DNA of 64,000 nucleotides from an uncultured bacterium (GCA_963848965.1 CAWKFG010000001.1:288001-352000), one strand, 5' to 3'. Shown: positions 49,636 through 58,937, counted from the first letter of the stretch. Numbers and translations: made by a program. Notes: generated by a model from the sequence alone, not told the origin.

Positions 49636-49647
49636 GTTACCTAAATC

Positions 49648-49866
49648 TTAGTAGCTGTCGTCTTCGTCAGCGCCAGAATCGTAGTCATCGCTGTAGTCAT
49701 CACCTGAACCGTCCATGTCGTCAGTTGTGCTACTTGTTTCAGTACCTTGTTCTTTTGAATAGCCAACGCTTGTGTCATTGTCCATACGGCCATAGCAGAC
49801 TTCGCATCCTGCTTGAGCTACTACAGGAGTAAGAAGTAATGTAAGAGCGAATAATTGTTTTTTCAT
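49648..49866 (-). CDS. Small secreted protein with N-terminal CxxC and Asp/Ser/Tyr-rich acidic tail
   Basis: MKKQLFALTLLLTPVVAQA-GCEVC...GDDYSDDYDSGADEDDSY; AAGGA RBS. Confidence 0.8.
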   Translation of the reverse strand: MKKQLFALTLLLTPVVAQAGCEVCYGRMDNDTSVGYSKEQGTETSSTTDDMDGSGDDYSDDYDSGADEDDSY

Positions 49867-49888
49867 GATAAATCCTTTTTATGCAATA

Positions 49889-50038
49889 TTAGCAGCAAGT
49901 GTTACAGTTTTGTTGACAACAGTCATAAGAATAGTTATAGCAGCAATTACCACCGCCAAACCAGCCAAAGAAGAATGCGTTTGCTGAAGGCGCTATAAGT
50001 CCAACAGCTAGTAGGGTTAAAGCTAATAGTCTTTTCAT
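49889..50038 (-). CDS. 49-aa secreted Cys-rich peptide (below ORF-track cutoff)
   Basis: MKRLLALTLLAVGLIAPSANA-FFFGWFGGGNCCYNYSYDCCQQNCNTCC; AxA cleavage site; AAAGGA RBS. Confidence 0.8.
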   Translation of the reverse strand: MKRLLALTLLAVGLIAPSANAFFFGWFGGGNCCYNYSYDCCQQNCNTCC

Positions 50039-50118
50039 ATTAATTCCTTTCTTTAAAGGTTATTTGAGTTATATAAGTCTTACTATTTTCAAATAGTAGA
50101 TTATTGTGCTTTAAAAAG

Positions 50119-50346
50119 TCAATAATTTTTACCTTTTTTAGTTAAATTTTTTTTTGAAGAGAGATTCATAGGCAATGGACATTGAGAACATGTAGTCATG
50201 CTTCTTTTTGTTAAAGAGGTTGTAGGTTGTTGACAGGTTAAAGAAAGGGTTTGAGAAGGTATAGAGCAGGACTGGCACTTGTTTTGTCCTGTAGGTAAAG
50301 AATCAATTGTACAAGAACCACCGAGTGAAATAGTTATTTTTTTCAT
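50119..50346 (-). CDS. Small Cys/Ser/Thr-rich basic protein
   Basis: Two CxxC (CQSC, CSQC) plus two single Cys; GAGGA RBS; no clear signal peptide. Confidence 0.6.
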   Translation of the reverse strand: MKKITISLGGSCTIDSLPTGQNKCQSCSIPSQTLSLTCQQPTTSLTKRSMTTCSQCPLPMNLSSKKNLTKKGKNY

Positions 50347-50428
50347 ATATTCCTCAAAATAAAGAGTCTTATATTTTTTATCAGTGTACTCTATAAGAGT
50401 ATTTATTTTGAAGAATTAGAGTAAAAAG

Positions 50429-50455
50429 CTACGGACAGGGTAACCCTGTCCGTAG
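50429..50455 (-). terminator. Intrinsic terminator
   Basis: CTACGGACAGGG-TAA-CCCTGTCCGTAG followed by a T run on the minus strand. Confidence 0.8.
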
Positions 50456-50481
50456 AGGTAATGTACTAAAGCTGGAATACG

Positions 50482-51069
50482 TTATCGAGCATATGCTTCA
50501 GCTGGTTGAGCAACTGGGTCAGCACTACTGTCACCCAATGGTGCATCTGCTGCAGTAGCTCCTGCATTAGGTTCAGGAGCTACTTGACCTATTGCAGGTA
50601 CGACCGCCTCTCCTCTTACTGGCCTATAAGCAGGTCTGTCGACTAGCCCGTTTGATAGTGGTTGTGCTACAGGACATACGCCAGTAGCGCATGGTGCTGG
50701 AGTTGGTTCAACAACAGGGCATATAGGTTGTACGCATGGTAATGCAGGGCATGCAGGAAGTACTTGTGGGCAACAACCAGGTTTTGGTCTGCAGCAACGA
50801 ATTCTAGGACAGCATACGGGCTTTGGTCTGCAAATACGTGGAGCTGGAACTATACAGCGAACTCGTGGCCTGCAGCATACTGGACGGCATATAAATAATG
50901 GCCGAGGACAGCGTACCCGAGGTTTACAAATTCGTTTAACTACTGGTGTTGGACAACAGGCAGGCAGTGGTTGTGGACAGCAGTCTGCTGGACCATTTGC
51001 AATAGCAAGAGCACTTTCTTGCAGAGCAAACGTTACTATAGTAAGTAATAAAAGTTTTTTACGTATCAT
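50482..51069 (-). CDS. Secreted Cys/Pro/Arg-rich repeat protein (22 Cys)
   Basis: MIRKKLLLLTIVTFALQESALA signal; CCP/CRPKPVCCPRIRCC repeats; start trimmed to ATG 51069 after AAGGGGGG. Confidence 0.85.
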   Translation of the reverse strand: MIRKKLLLLTIVTFALQESALAIANGPADCCPQPLPACCPTPVVKRICKPRVRCPRPLFICRPVCCRPRVRCIVPAPRICRPKPVCCPRIRCCRPKPGCCPQVLPACPALPCVQPICPVVEPTPAPCATGVCPVAQPLSNGLVDRPAYRPVRGEAVVPAIGQVAPEPNAGATAADAPLGDSSADPVAQPAEAYAR

Positions 51070-51340
51070 TTTCCCCCCTTTACTAGATATAGTTTTTTCT
51101 AAGCTTAGTAGCAGTACCTTATACTTAGTGTACCGTAAGCGACTGTAGAGATTCAATGTTTTTCAATGAAGCACTGTGCTTGTGAAAAAGGGCCCTCGTT
51201 ACGTTATAAATGCGATAGGGGAAATATATGTTTCTTTTTCATACAAAAAGGAAAATTAATAAATTTTATGATGACTCTTTTAATTATTAAAAAGATGTAT
51301 TATGGTGATACGGTAGTAATGAGGTACTTAGTTTGTAAGG

Positions 51341-52015
51341 GTGATAATGAAGGAACAAGGTAATACACACAAATACACGGTAGCGTGGTTCCGACTGGCA
51401 GAGTTTGTGTTAAACGGAAAGAAGCAGCAAGCGTTAAGTATTTTACGTCTTTTAGCATATTCATTGCCAGATGAAGCAATCGCTGCTCAGTTGGAAGGAG
51501 ATCTTCTTTGGTCATTTGCAGATACAAAGGCATTAGATGCATATTATAGAGCAGCGCAGCTTTATGAAAAGCAGGGAAAGTATATGCAAGCAATAGCATT
51601 ATACGAACTGTTGCTCTCTTTGCAACCAGACACATTAGAATTTGCTGTTAAATTCTTTAAGCTTGCTCAACAGAGTTTTCATCAAACAAAAGCGGAAAAG
51701 GCTTTAATGGTGCTTGTAGAGGCATGTGAAAAACATCAAGTAATTGACGAATTGATTGCTCTGTGTAATGAAAATAAAATTACGTATACACAAAAAATGA
51801 TGCTTTATGAGCGTATTGTACTCTTTTCTTTACAGCATACTACTGAAATTCCATCGTACATTTCTCATTATCTGGAGCAAGTAGTAGATTTTCTTTGCGC
51901 TATTGATGAAAAAAGAGTACGTTTTCTTTTATCTAAAGTACGTGCTTTAAATGAACCTTTCTATCATACTACAGCTATTTTTTTAAAGGATGGCATGAAA
52001 GAACTCGTTTTATAA
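51341..52015 (+). CDS. Hypothetical TPR-like helical protein
   Basis: ALDAYYRAAQLYEKQGKYMQAIALYELL TPR-like segment. Confidence 0.7.
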   Translation: MIMKEQGNTHKYTVAWFRLAEFVLNGKKQQALSILRLLAYSLPDEAIAAQLEGDLLWSFADTKALDAYYRAAQLYEKQGKYMQAIALYELLLSLQPDTLEFAVKFFKLAQQSFHQTKAEKALMVLVEACEKHQVIDELIALCNENKITYTQKMMLYERIVLFSLQHTTEIPSYISHYLEQVVDFLCAIDEKRVRFLLSKVRALNEPFYHTTAIFLKDGMKELVL

Positions 52016-52169
52016 TGACTTTTATAGCGCTATAAAACGACTTTTCTTCTAAGGTAAGTGCTGCAAAATCGGTGCATGACACTTCAAATTTACAACAACC
52101 ATGAGGCCCTATAATGGGCCTTATTGTTTGTATAATCCCTACAATAAGTATCTTTAAAAATCTTTGCAT
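51975..52169 (-). CDS. yidD: Membrane protein insertion efficiency factor YidD
   Basis: CKFEVSCTDFA...KRVLSCHP matches the YidD three-Cys pattern. Confidence 0.85.
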   Translation of the reverse strand: MQRFLKILIVGIIQTIRPIIGPHGCCKFEVSCTDFAALTLEEKSFYSAIKVIIKRVLSCHPLKK

Positions 52170-52241
52170 TGAATTTTTAGGTTCCAAAAATTATAGGATG
52201 TAGTATTCTAGAGAGAGTTTTTAACAACAGGTGCATAAAAT

Positions 52242-54176
52242 ATGAACAAAAAACTGTTAACTCTTTCTTTATCAGTAGTAGCTACTATTTATAGCGCGAC
52301 TTCTGACGAATCTTCTGTCTTCACTACCAACTGCGCCTCTGGTGTAGCTGTTAAGCAAAAGAAGACGGACACGGTCGTTCCTAAAGAGCTACTTCCAGCA
52401 AATAAGCTTCCTTTTTATTATACCTCAGGAAGTAGTTTTTTTAAAGGGTTGTTTGCCTTTACTCCCTATGGGTTTTTTGCAAAAAATATACTACTTTTTA
52501 ATAACCATGAACCATCTGATAGACTAGCATATGCGCTTTTTCATACGTTTGATCTTGGTTTTGAATATTACTATGGAGATGCGGCAAAAAAGCGATTTCC
52601 TGTAGTTGCACGAGGTATTTTAAGAAATCAAGCAGTATGGGGCGATCCAAGAATATTATTACGGACTATTGATGAAAGTATAAGAGATACAACTATTTTT
52701 GCAGAAGGGGTACATAGGCATGAGCTTCTCTTGCATGTTCCCTGGGTCCAGGAGTTGTGGCTCGCGCTTGATTTATCAGAACTTCTATGTTTGCCATTTT
52801 GTCATGCTCATGCATTAAAAATAGGGGCGTTCCCTTTCTATGTAGGTCGTGGTATTGCTCTTGGTTACTTTTTTTATAGAAACCCTAATCAAATTACTGT
52901 TGATATTACCACTGTTATTAGTCAATATGTGTTTGGAGGATTACTTTCAGGAGAGATTATTCCTAAAAAGCTCTACTATGATATATATGGGGGTATTTTA
53001 GATAATCGTTCAGCTACGTTTGAGCAAACAGAGCGACCTGTTTTGCGTAATGAATATGGTCATAGAAATACTCCTCAGCGTGGTTTTGGTAAAATCAATT
53101 TTATAGCAGCTGCACGGTTACGTGCAGCTCTTGTAAGTGAAAAAGACAAGAATATCTATCTTGAACCCTATGTTGTATATAACAATAATCCTGAGTCTCT
53201 CACTGAATTTCCAGCCGATTCTCAAAGAAAGCTTGGCAGTGCAGGCCTTGCATTTAACGCTGCCTTTAAAAAAGTAGACTTTGGCTTTGATATGGCATTT
53301 AATTTTGGGCGCCACCATACAAATGGCGTAGACAGGAATTTAATTTTTAACTATAACAGGGATGGTATAAATACTTTAGCAAATACTCATGTGTTTGCTC
53401 TTGATAATAATGTGCTCGATTTTGCATTAGTTACTCCTGAAAATCAGCAAATTATTAGAAATTCTTTGCAAAGTAGCTTTGAAAATGAGCAAGTTATTGG
53501 ACAAACAGAAAGTGGTGTGCTTATTAATGCTGCAAACAGATTTCGCGATCCCTTTGATATTATATTTAAAGGGAAGATGTTTATTTTTGATGCAGGTTAT
53601 ACTGTCATTGATCCTTCTTTAAGAATCAGTTGGGTAGTAGGGTTTGCAACAGGGGGTAGTGAACAGGTTTCAACGCGAAAAATTATTTTGAATGATTTTA
53701 TTGGTATTAATGAGTTTTATCAAGGAACTCGAGTTGCATCATTCTTTGTACCTCTTGCAGTTTCCCGCTTTAGTAATCTTATTGAAGTAGGAGGAGGATT
53801 TTTATGGCAAGTAACAGCATGTAAAAGGCTTTGGAAAGTCAATCCTAATGCTCTTGCCTACTGGAAGTATAGTGCGCCTTTTGCTTTTGATCCAGAGACT
53901 CAAACAGATTCTCTTATTCGCCGTGCGCGTAAATATATAGGTACTGAGCTCAATATACAAGCATTTGTAGAACTATTTCCGGATTTTAAGTTCTTTGCTA
54001 TAGGAGCGCTTTTTTTTCCTGGATCTTTTTTTAGAGATAACATTGGAAGACCCATAAGGGCTAGTATTATACGTTTAATTAATAGAGAAAATAGGACAGG
54101 GATCTTGGGAAATATCCCAGTGCAAGGAGCAGACACAGCGTATTTTGGATATGTTGGTTTTGAATACAGATATTAA
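52242..54176 (+). CDS. Putative outer-membrane beta-barrel protein
   Basis: Signal peptide, aromatic-rich alternating strands, C-terminal YFGYVGFEYRY. Confidence 0.7.
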   Translation: MNKKLLTLSLSVVATIYSATSDESSVFTTNCASGVAVKQKKTDTVVPKELLPANKLPFYYTSGSSFFKGLFAFTPYGFFAKNILLFNNHEPSDRLAYALFHTFDLGFEYYYGDAAKKRFPVVARGILRNQAVWGDPRILLRTIDESIRDTTIFAEGVHRHELLLHVPWVQELWLALDLSELLCLPFCHAHALKIGAFPFYVGRGIALGYFFYRNPNQITVDITTVISQYVFGGLLSGEIIPKKLYYDIYGGILDNRSATFEQTERPVLRNEYGHRNTPQRGFGKINFIAAARLRAALVSEKDKNIYLEPYVVYNNNPESLTEFPADSQRKLGSAGLAFNAAFKKVDFGFDMAFNFGRHHTNGVDRNLIFNYNRDGINTLANTHVFALDNNVLDFALVTPENQQIIRNSLQSSFENEQVIGQTESGVLINAANRFRDPFDIIFKGKMFIFDAGYTVIDPSLRISWVVGFATGGSEQVSTRKIILNDFIGINEFYQGTRVASFFVPLAVSRFSNLIEVGGGFLWQVTACKRLWKVNPNALAYWKYSAPFAFDPETQTDSLIRRARKYIGTELNIQAFVELFPDFKFFAIGALFFPGSFFRDNIGRPIRASIIRLINRENRTGILGNIPVQGADTAYFGYVGFEYRY

Positions 54177-54178
54177 TA

Positions 54179-54352
54179 CTATCGAGGTGCCATTCCTACT
54201 GTTCGATCAAGAATTATAACAGGATCAAGGCCATCTTCATATGCCAAAGTTACTGTAAAATTTTGGCCACCAGGATTTGAAAGAATTACAAACTCTGGGT
54301 TGGCAATTGAAGTAAAGGTATAAAACACAAATAATAAAGATAGTTTCTTCAT
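54179..54352 (-). CDS. 57-aa secreted peptide, array member 5 (below ORF-track cutoff)
   Basis: MKKLSLLFVFYTFTSIA-NPEFVILSNPGGQNFTVTLAYEDGLDPVIILDRTVGMAPR; TAAGGAG RBS. Confidence 0.75.
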   Translation of the reverse strand: MKKLSLLFVFYTFTSIANPEFVILSNPGGQNFTVTLAYEDGLDPVIILDRTVGMAPR

Positions 54353-54486
54353 TGTTAATCTCCTTATTATAAATTTCGTGTAATATTACTACGCATTAAG
54401 TTACTAAATCAATAAAATTATGCTTATTCTTTAGATTTGTTACCAATGCTTAAATAGTACATTTTGTTTATTGTATAAGTTTATTA

Positions 54487-54507
54487 AAAGGGCCGTAATG
54501 GCCCTTT
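54487..54507. terminator. Terminator-like hairpin after array member 4
   Basis: AAAGGGCC-GTAAT-GGCCCTTT. Confidence 0.65.
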
Positions 54508-54517
54508 ATGTTATATT

Positions 54518-54787
54518 TTAACGAGGTGCAAGATGTTCTTCAATTGCTATGTTTCTGCTTTGAACTTGACCGAAAACCCTTGGGAACTCTCCGGCTGCAG
54601 GAGTATCTTCAACATTAGGCAGAATTGTTTCTGTAGCGGTTTCTGCTAATCTTGCTCTATGCGCACCAAATTGCTCTACAGGTTGTGTTGAAACAGGTCC
54701 TGGAGTTGTTGCAGGTGGTTGTTCTGGGATCTGTGCATTCATTCCAAACATAGGAACTAAAAGTAAGGTTAACATAAGATTCTTCAT
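54518..54787 (-). CDS. 89-aa secreted peptide, array member 4
   Basis: Leader MKNLMLTLLLVPMFGMNA; TAAGGAG RBS. Confidence 0.82.
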   Translation of the reverse strand: MKNLMLTLLLVPMFGMNAQIPEQPPATTPGPVSTQPVEQFGAHRARLAETATETILPNVEDTPAAGEFPRVFGQVQSRNIAIEEHLAPR

Positions 54788-54919
54788 ACTATCTCCTTAA
54801 ATAGTTATTATTGATTATTACATGTCTAAGTCATAGTATCATTTATTAAGAAATATATGCAACAAAAGTATTATAAACTTTGTTAAAATCGATATATTGA
54901 GCAATATTAATTAGTGAAA

Positions 54920-55192
54920 TTAAGGTCCTACCTTTGTTACAGTGCTTGGACCTTCTCCTGGGCGTATAATGGTTCCTTCTGTTGGAATTGGAAAGTGGCC
55001 TGCAAAACCTTCTTTACCAACTATAATAGTTGAAGGTTGCCCAATTCCACTTTCTGATTCAATAAATCTTCCTCCTTTAGGTGTAATAGCTTGTGTTCCC
55101 TTTTCTCCTTGTTGATAAATAAATGCAACTCCAGGTTCAGAGGCTTTTGAAGGAATTATAAATATAATAGATAAGAAAAATGCATATTTCAT
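54920..55192 (-). CDS. 90-aa secreted Gly/Pro-rich peptide, array member 3
   Basis: Leader MKYAFFLSIIFIIPSKA; TAAGGAG RBS and shared upstream block. Confidence 0.8.
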   Translation of the reverse strand: MKYAFFLSIIFIIPSKASEPGVAFIYQQGEKGTQAITPKGGRFIESESGIGQPSTIIVGKEGFAGHFPIPTEGTIIRPGEGPSTVTKVGP

Positions 55193-55374
55193 GATATCTC
55201 CTTAAAAATATTATTATTGATTATCGTATTCTTAGCAAGAATATCACTTATTAAGGAATTTATACAATGAATCCTTATCAAAATTGCATTAAGTTGTAGT
55301 TTGAGGCTTAAGAATTGATCAAAAATAAGCAGTAAAATTTTACTGCCTAAAGATTTACTAGGTACGTTATTCAA

Positions 55375-55569
55375 TTAAGGAATGAACATAGGGCGGCCTG
55401 AACCTGGTTGGACAACGACTCCTTTTTCTAGAGGGTCGCCCGTAGGTGCTATACCTATAAATTCCGGTCTTCCTGTTGCAGGAGTTCTAACTGTTCTTCC
55501 GTGTACAACAAATTGTGATTTAATCGCAAACATTGGTACTAAAAGTAAGATGAACATAAGGTTTTTCAT
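55375..55569 (-). CDS. 64-aa secreted Gly/Pro-rich peptide, array member 2
   Basis: Leader MKNLMFILLLVPMFAIKS; TAAGGAG RBS. Confidence 0.82.
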   Translation of the reverse strand: MKNLMFILLLVPMFAIKSQFVVHGRTVRTPATGRPEFIGIAPTGDPLEKGVVVQPGSGRPMFIP

Positions 55570-55643
55570 AGTATCTCCTTAAAAGTTATTATTTTTTATT
55601 GTCTATCTAAGCCTAAGGAATCATTTATTAGGAAGATTAGGCA

Positions 55644-55692
55644 ATTGAATGACTGAAAATGTCCTTTGAAACGTAATTTTCAGTCATTCAAT
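55644..55692. repeat. Perfect 17-bp inverted repeat with 15-nt spacer
   Basis: ATTGAATGACTGAAAAT-N15-ATTTTCAGTCATTCAAT. Confidence 0.8.
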
Positions 55693-55750
55693 GCTTGATT
55701 ATGTGCCATGTGCATTAGTAGCGTAAAGTCGCTACCTATTACATCATTGA

Positions 55751-55951
55751 TTATCGGCGGGGTGGCCCAGGAAGTATAAGTTTTTGCTCAACGTCGGCAG
55801 GAGGAGTTATACGTATACTTCTAGGTGCCCCTCTTTGAGAGATCCTTGTTACTGTAACAGGACTTTCATCGTGAGGGGGCAGCTGAATAACACCACCGCT
55901 ATTTATTGCAAACATAGGTGCTAAAAGTAGAAATAACATAAGCTTCTTCAT
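55751..55951 (-). CDS. 66-aa secreted Pro-rich peptide, array member 1
   Basis: Leader MKKLMLFLLLAPMFAINS; TAAGGAG RBS. Confidence 0.82.
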   Translation of the reverse strand: MKKLMLFLLLAPMFAINSGGVIQLPPHDESPVTVTRISQRGAPRSIRITPPADVEQKLILPGPPRR

Positions 55952-56131
55952 AGTAATCTCCTTATTTTTATTATAGTTTATTATGTTTTAATTCAATTAT
56001 ATCAGTTACTGAGCTTATTTTGCAATAAAATATTCATTAAAAGTGCTTATATATAAGTTTTTTGAGTAGAATGTAGTATAGAAGTTGATAAATAGTAGAT
56101 GATAAGATTCTATAAGAGCTATAAACTCTAA

Positions 56132-56470
56132 TTATTGATTAGGTCCAAGAGAAGAATTAAGTATAATCTCTTTAAGCTGTTGAAAAGAAAGAGAAGTACT
56201 TTCTTTAGCACAGAAAATGATAAGGTCATAGGGAGAAGAATAAAGCTGTTCCTCATAGAAGAGAGCTTTAATTTGGCGGCGTATTTTATTGCGTAAAGGA
56301 GCTTTTCCCATCTTTTTAGGAGTAATAATTAAAACACGAGCTATATCTCCTTTTCGAGGAGCTCGTTTAATAGCGAGCCCCGCTTGCCGGTACACGGTAC
56401 GTGCAGTTTGAAAGAGACGCTTAATGTCGTCTTGAGTAAACTGGGTAATGCGTCGAGCAATGCGGGGCAT
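56132..56470 (-). CDS. rnpA: Ribonuclease P protein component
   Basis: PKKMGKAPLRNKIRRQIK RNR-like motif; directly after rpmH. Confidence 0.9.
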   Translation of the reverse strand: MPRIARRITQFTQDDIKRLFQTARTVYRQAGLAIKRAPRKGDIARVLIITPKKMGKAPLRNKIRRQIKALFYEEQLYSSPYDLIIFCAKESTSLSFQQLKEIILNSSLGPNQ

Positions 56471-56476
56471 GGGAAT

Positions 56477-56617
56477 TTAGGCATGAACAGCGATACGTTT
56501 TCTTCCACGAGCACGACGTCTATTGATGACTTTACGTCCATCATGAGTAGCCATGCGCTTTAAAAAACCGTGCTTTCTGTTTCTTTTTTTTCTTTTTAGT
56601 TTAAATGTAACTGACAT
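56477..56617 (-). CDS. rpmH: 50S ribosomal protein L34 (below ORF-track cutoff)
   Basis: [46 protein letters not shown]. Confidence 0.95.
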   Translation of the reverse strand: MSVTFKLKRKKRNRKHGFLKRMATHDGRKVINRRRARGRKRIAVHA

Positions 56618-56697
56618 GATTGTTCCTTAAGATCGATAAAAATGCATACTATATTCTATAGTTTAGCGCAATTTAAGGTTTTTTTCAAAAAAAATCT

Positions 56698-57630
56698 CTA
56701 TAAACCTTTTTCTTTGAGATATCTTTCAGCATCGAGGCTTGCCGCACATCCAGTTCCTGCTGAGGTGATAGCTTGCCGGTACCGTTTATCTGCTGCATCT
56801 CCTGCTACAAATACTCCTTCAATAGAAGTACGAGTAGTCTCTTTTACAAGAAGATAGCCATAATCATCAAGAGCGAGTTGCCCTTTAAAAATCCCTGTAT
56901 TGGGTCGTAATCCAATTGCTATAAATACTCCCTCTACAGCAAGAGATTGAGTCTCTCCTGTTTTTTGATGCGTAACAAAAACGTGGGTAACACGATTTCC
57001 GTCGCCTCCTATCTGAGAAACGGTGCTTTCATAGATAATTTTAATGTGAGGGTTATTGAGTACTCGTTGCTGCATAGCAAAAGAGGCAGTAAGCTGTGGT
57101 AAAATATGCACAATAGTAACATCATTGGTAAAATTAGTCATAAACGAAGCATTCTCCATAGCAGTATCGCCGCCACCTATGATAATAACTTTTTTATCTT
57201 TATAAAATGCTCCATCACACACAGCACAGGTGGTTACTCCTTTGCTCCAGTATTCTTCCTCTCCTGGACAGTGTAGCCGTTTAGCTGTAGCTCCTGTTGC
57301 TATAATAAGAGCATGAGCATACAGTTCTTGCTCTTTATGGGTACGTAGCACAAAAGAAGAGGATCTAAGATCAGCATATGTTACCTCTGAACTTATAAAG
57401 CGGGTACCAAAATGAGCAGCATGCTTTCGTAGTTCGAGCATAAGAGTAGGGCCTAGAATGCTTATATGACCAGGCCAATTTTCTACGTGGGTAGTGCTCA
57501 TGAGTTGGCCCCCTGGATAAGAGCCTTCAATAACAAGGGGTGAGAGATTGGCCCGGGCTGCATAAACAGCAGCAGTTAACCCTGCAGGACCCGAGCCTAA
57601 AATAATAAGCTTTTCTGCTGATGTACTCAT
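56698..57630 (-). CDS. trxB: Thioredoxin reductase
   Basis: ILGSGPAGLTAA, GGQL, CAVCDG, IGGGDTA, YRQAITSAGTG. Confidence 0.97.
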   Translation of the reverse strand: MSTSAEKLIILGSGPAGLTAAVYAARANLSPLVIEGSYPGGQLMSTTHVENWPGHISILGPTLMLELRKHAAHFGTRFISSEVTYADLRSSSFVLRTHKEQELYAHALIIATGATAKRLHCPGEEEYWSKGVTTCAVCDGAFYKDKKVIIIGGGDTAMENASFMTNFTNDVTIVHILPQLTASFAMQQRVLNNPHIKIIYESTVSQIGGDGNRVTHVFVTHQKTGETQSLAVEGVFIAIGLRPNTGIFKGQLALDDYGYLLVKETTRTSIEGVFVAGDAADKRYRQAITSAGTGCAASLDAERYLKEKGL

Positions 57631-58937
57631 AGTTTAGCTTTTTTTGTAAGATAGTGAATAACGTAGTTTAATGTTTTCTCCCGAAGACAGTACAGCTTAA
57701 GTACTTCTGTTGGAACAGGCATCTCCTGTCCATTGCTCTTTGACGGAGGAAGATCAAAATAGATAAATTCTTTTGTTCGAGCTCTTTTAATAAAATTTAA
57801 ATAGCCTACAATATCTTCATGCGTGACCTGTATATTCTCTTTGTAAGCAATCATATCTATGATAATAGTCTCTTTGAGTTGTTTTTCTGCCAATTGTCTA
57901 ATTTTCTCTTTAAAATCGTTCTGTGCTTTATAAACATGATAATCGGGGTTCTCGTGCACTTGAGCAAGTACATAATGACGCTGGCGATCAAGTAAATGAG
58001 AAGGTAAAAGCATAAAGTACTGCTTTGATAACAGCTTTAATGTTGCTTCTACAGTTTCACGACGTTGTGAAAGGTCATTGCGATGAGAAAATACTTCAAT
58101 AAGCTTAAGATGCATTTCTTTACTATTTTTTATCTGGAAATGGCGATTAAAGGCATCAAATGAAAAATAAGCATGCGGTATACAATCCTTAATAGAAATA
58201 GAGAATGTATAATTTACATTAAGCTTGTTGCTTACGTATTCTTGAAACATAACATTGTTAGTGTAAAAGGTGTCACCCACTTTTTTACCAAGAAAAAGCT
58301 CATGAAGTTCTCTATCTGCTTCTTCATCACTTATTTTGACCCATAATTCGTCTTTATAACCATGTAAAAGTGGTTTTTTATCCTGATCTACTAATTCCAT
58401 ATTAAAGCAGACCCAATCTAAAAATGCTATCTCAGTAGTGATAGTTGCTTGAGCTTTTTCTGTTTCTTCTTTTATAAATGATTCTACTTGTCGATCGAGA
58501 TCTTTGTAGTTTTTCCGTTCTGGAACCTTAAGATTGCTTACTTTTTTCCATCGTTCATCGTTATCAAGCTGAATGTTAGTAAAAGAAAAGGTAAAGAGAG
58601 CATCTTCTTGCGGTTGCAGTCGAATATCTATTAAATCAGGCTCTCCAGCGACGACGATCTTATTTTTAGCAAGAGCTTGACGCAAGTAGCTTAAAACACA
58701 ATGAATAAAGAAAAATTCTTTGAGATGATCAAGAATATAAGACCGGAAATTATGTTCAATATATTGTAAGGGAGTAGTTCCCTTAGAAAAGCCATAGGTT
58801 TGTGCTTCGGCTTTTTGAGCAAGTATTGCCTCATTGTAAAGAGCATCTACAAATGACCGAGCAACTCGTATCGTTGCTGTATGTTGTTGCAGATGCTTTT
58901 GTGTTATAGAAAAAGTAAATTTTTCACCATGAACCAT
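57627..58937 (-). CDS. tig: Divergent trigger factor-like protein
   Basis: GFSKGTTP resembles the GFRxGxxP ribosome-binding loop; trigger-factor length; follows tRNA-Leu; start trimmed to MVHG after AAGGAG. Confidence 0.7.
   Translation of the reverse strand: MVHGEKFTFSITQKHLQQHTATIRVARSFVDALYNEAILAQKAEAQTYGFSKGTTPLQYIEHNFRSYILDHLKEFFFIHCVLSYLRQALAKNKIVVAGEPDLIDIRLQPQEDALFTFSFTNIQLDNDERWKKVSNLKVPERKNYKDLDRQVESFIKEETEKAQATITTEIAFLDWVCFNMELVDQDKKPLLHGYKDELWVKISDEEADRELHELFLGKKVGDTFYTNNVMFQEYVSNKLNVNYTFSISIKDCIPHAYFSFDAFNRHFQIKNSKEMHLKLIEVFSHRNDLSQRRETVEATLKLLSKQYFMLLPSHLLDRQRHYVLAQVHENPDYHVYKAQNDFKEKIRQLAEKQLKETIIIDMIAYKENIQVTHEDIVGYLNFIKRARTKEFIYFDLPPSKSNGQEMPVPTEVLKLYCLREKTLNYVIHYLTKKAKL

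Noticed and set aside
55189..55374. 61-aa minus-strand ORF within the peptide array
   Set aside because: TTG start without RBS or leader; it spans the conserved promoter/RBS block of member 3.
56477..56700. Possible oriC next to rpmH
   Set aside because: No dnaA gene and no TTATCCACA boxes seen; trxB lies upstream instead.
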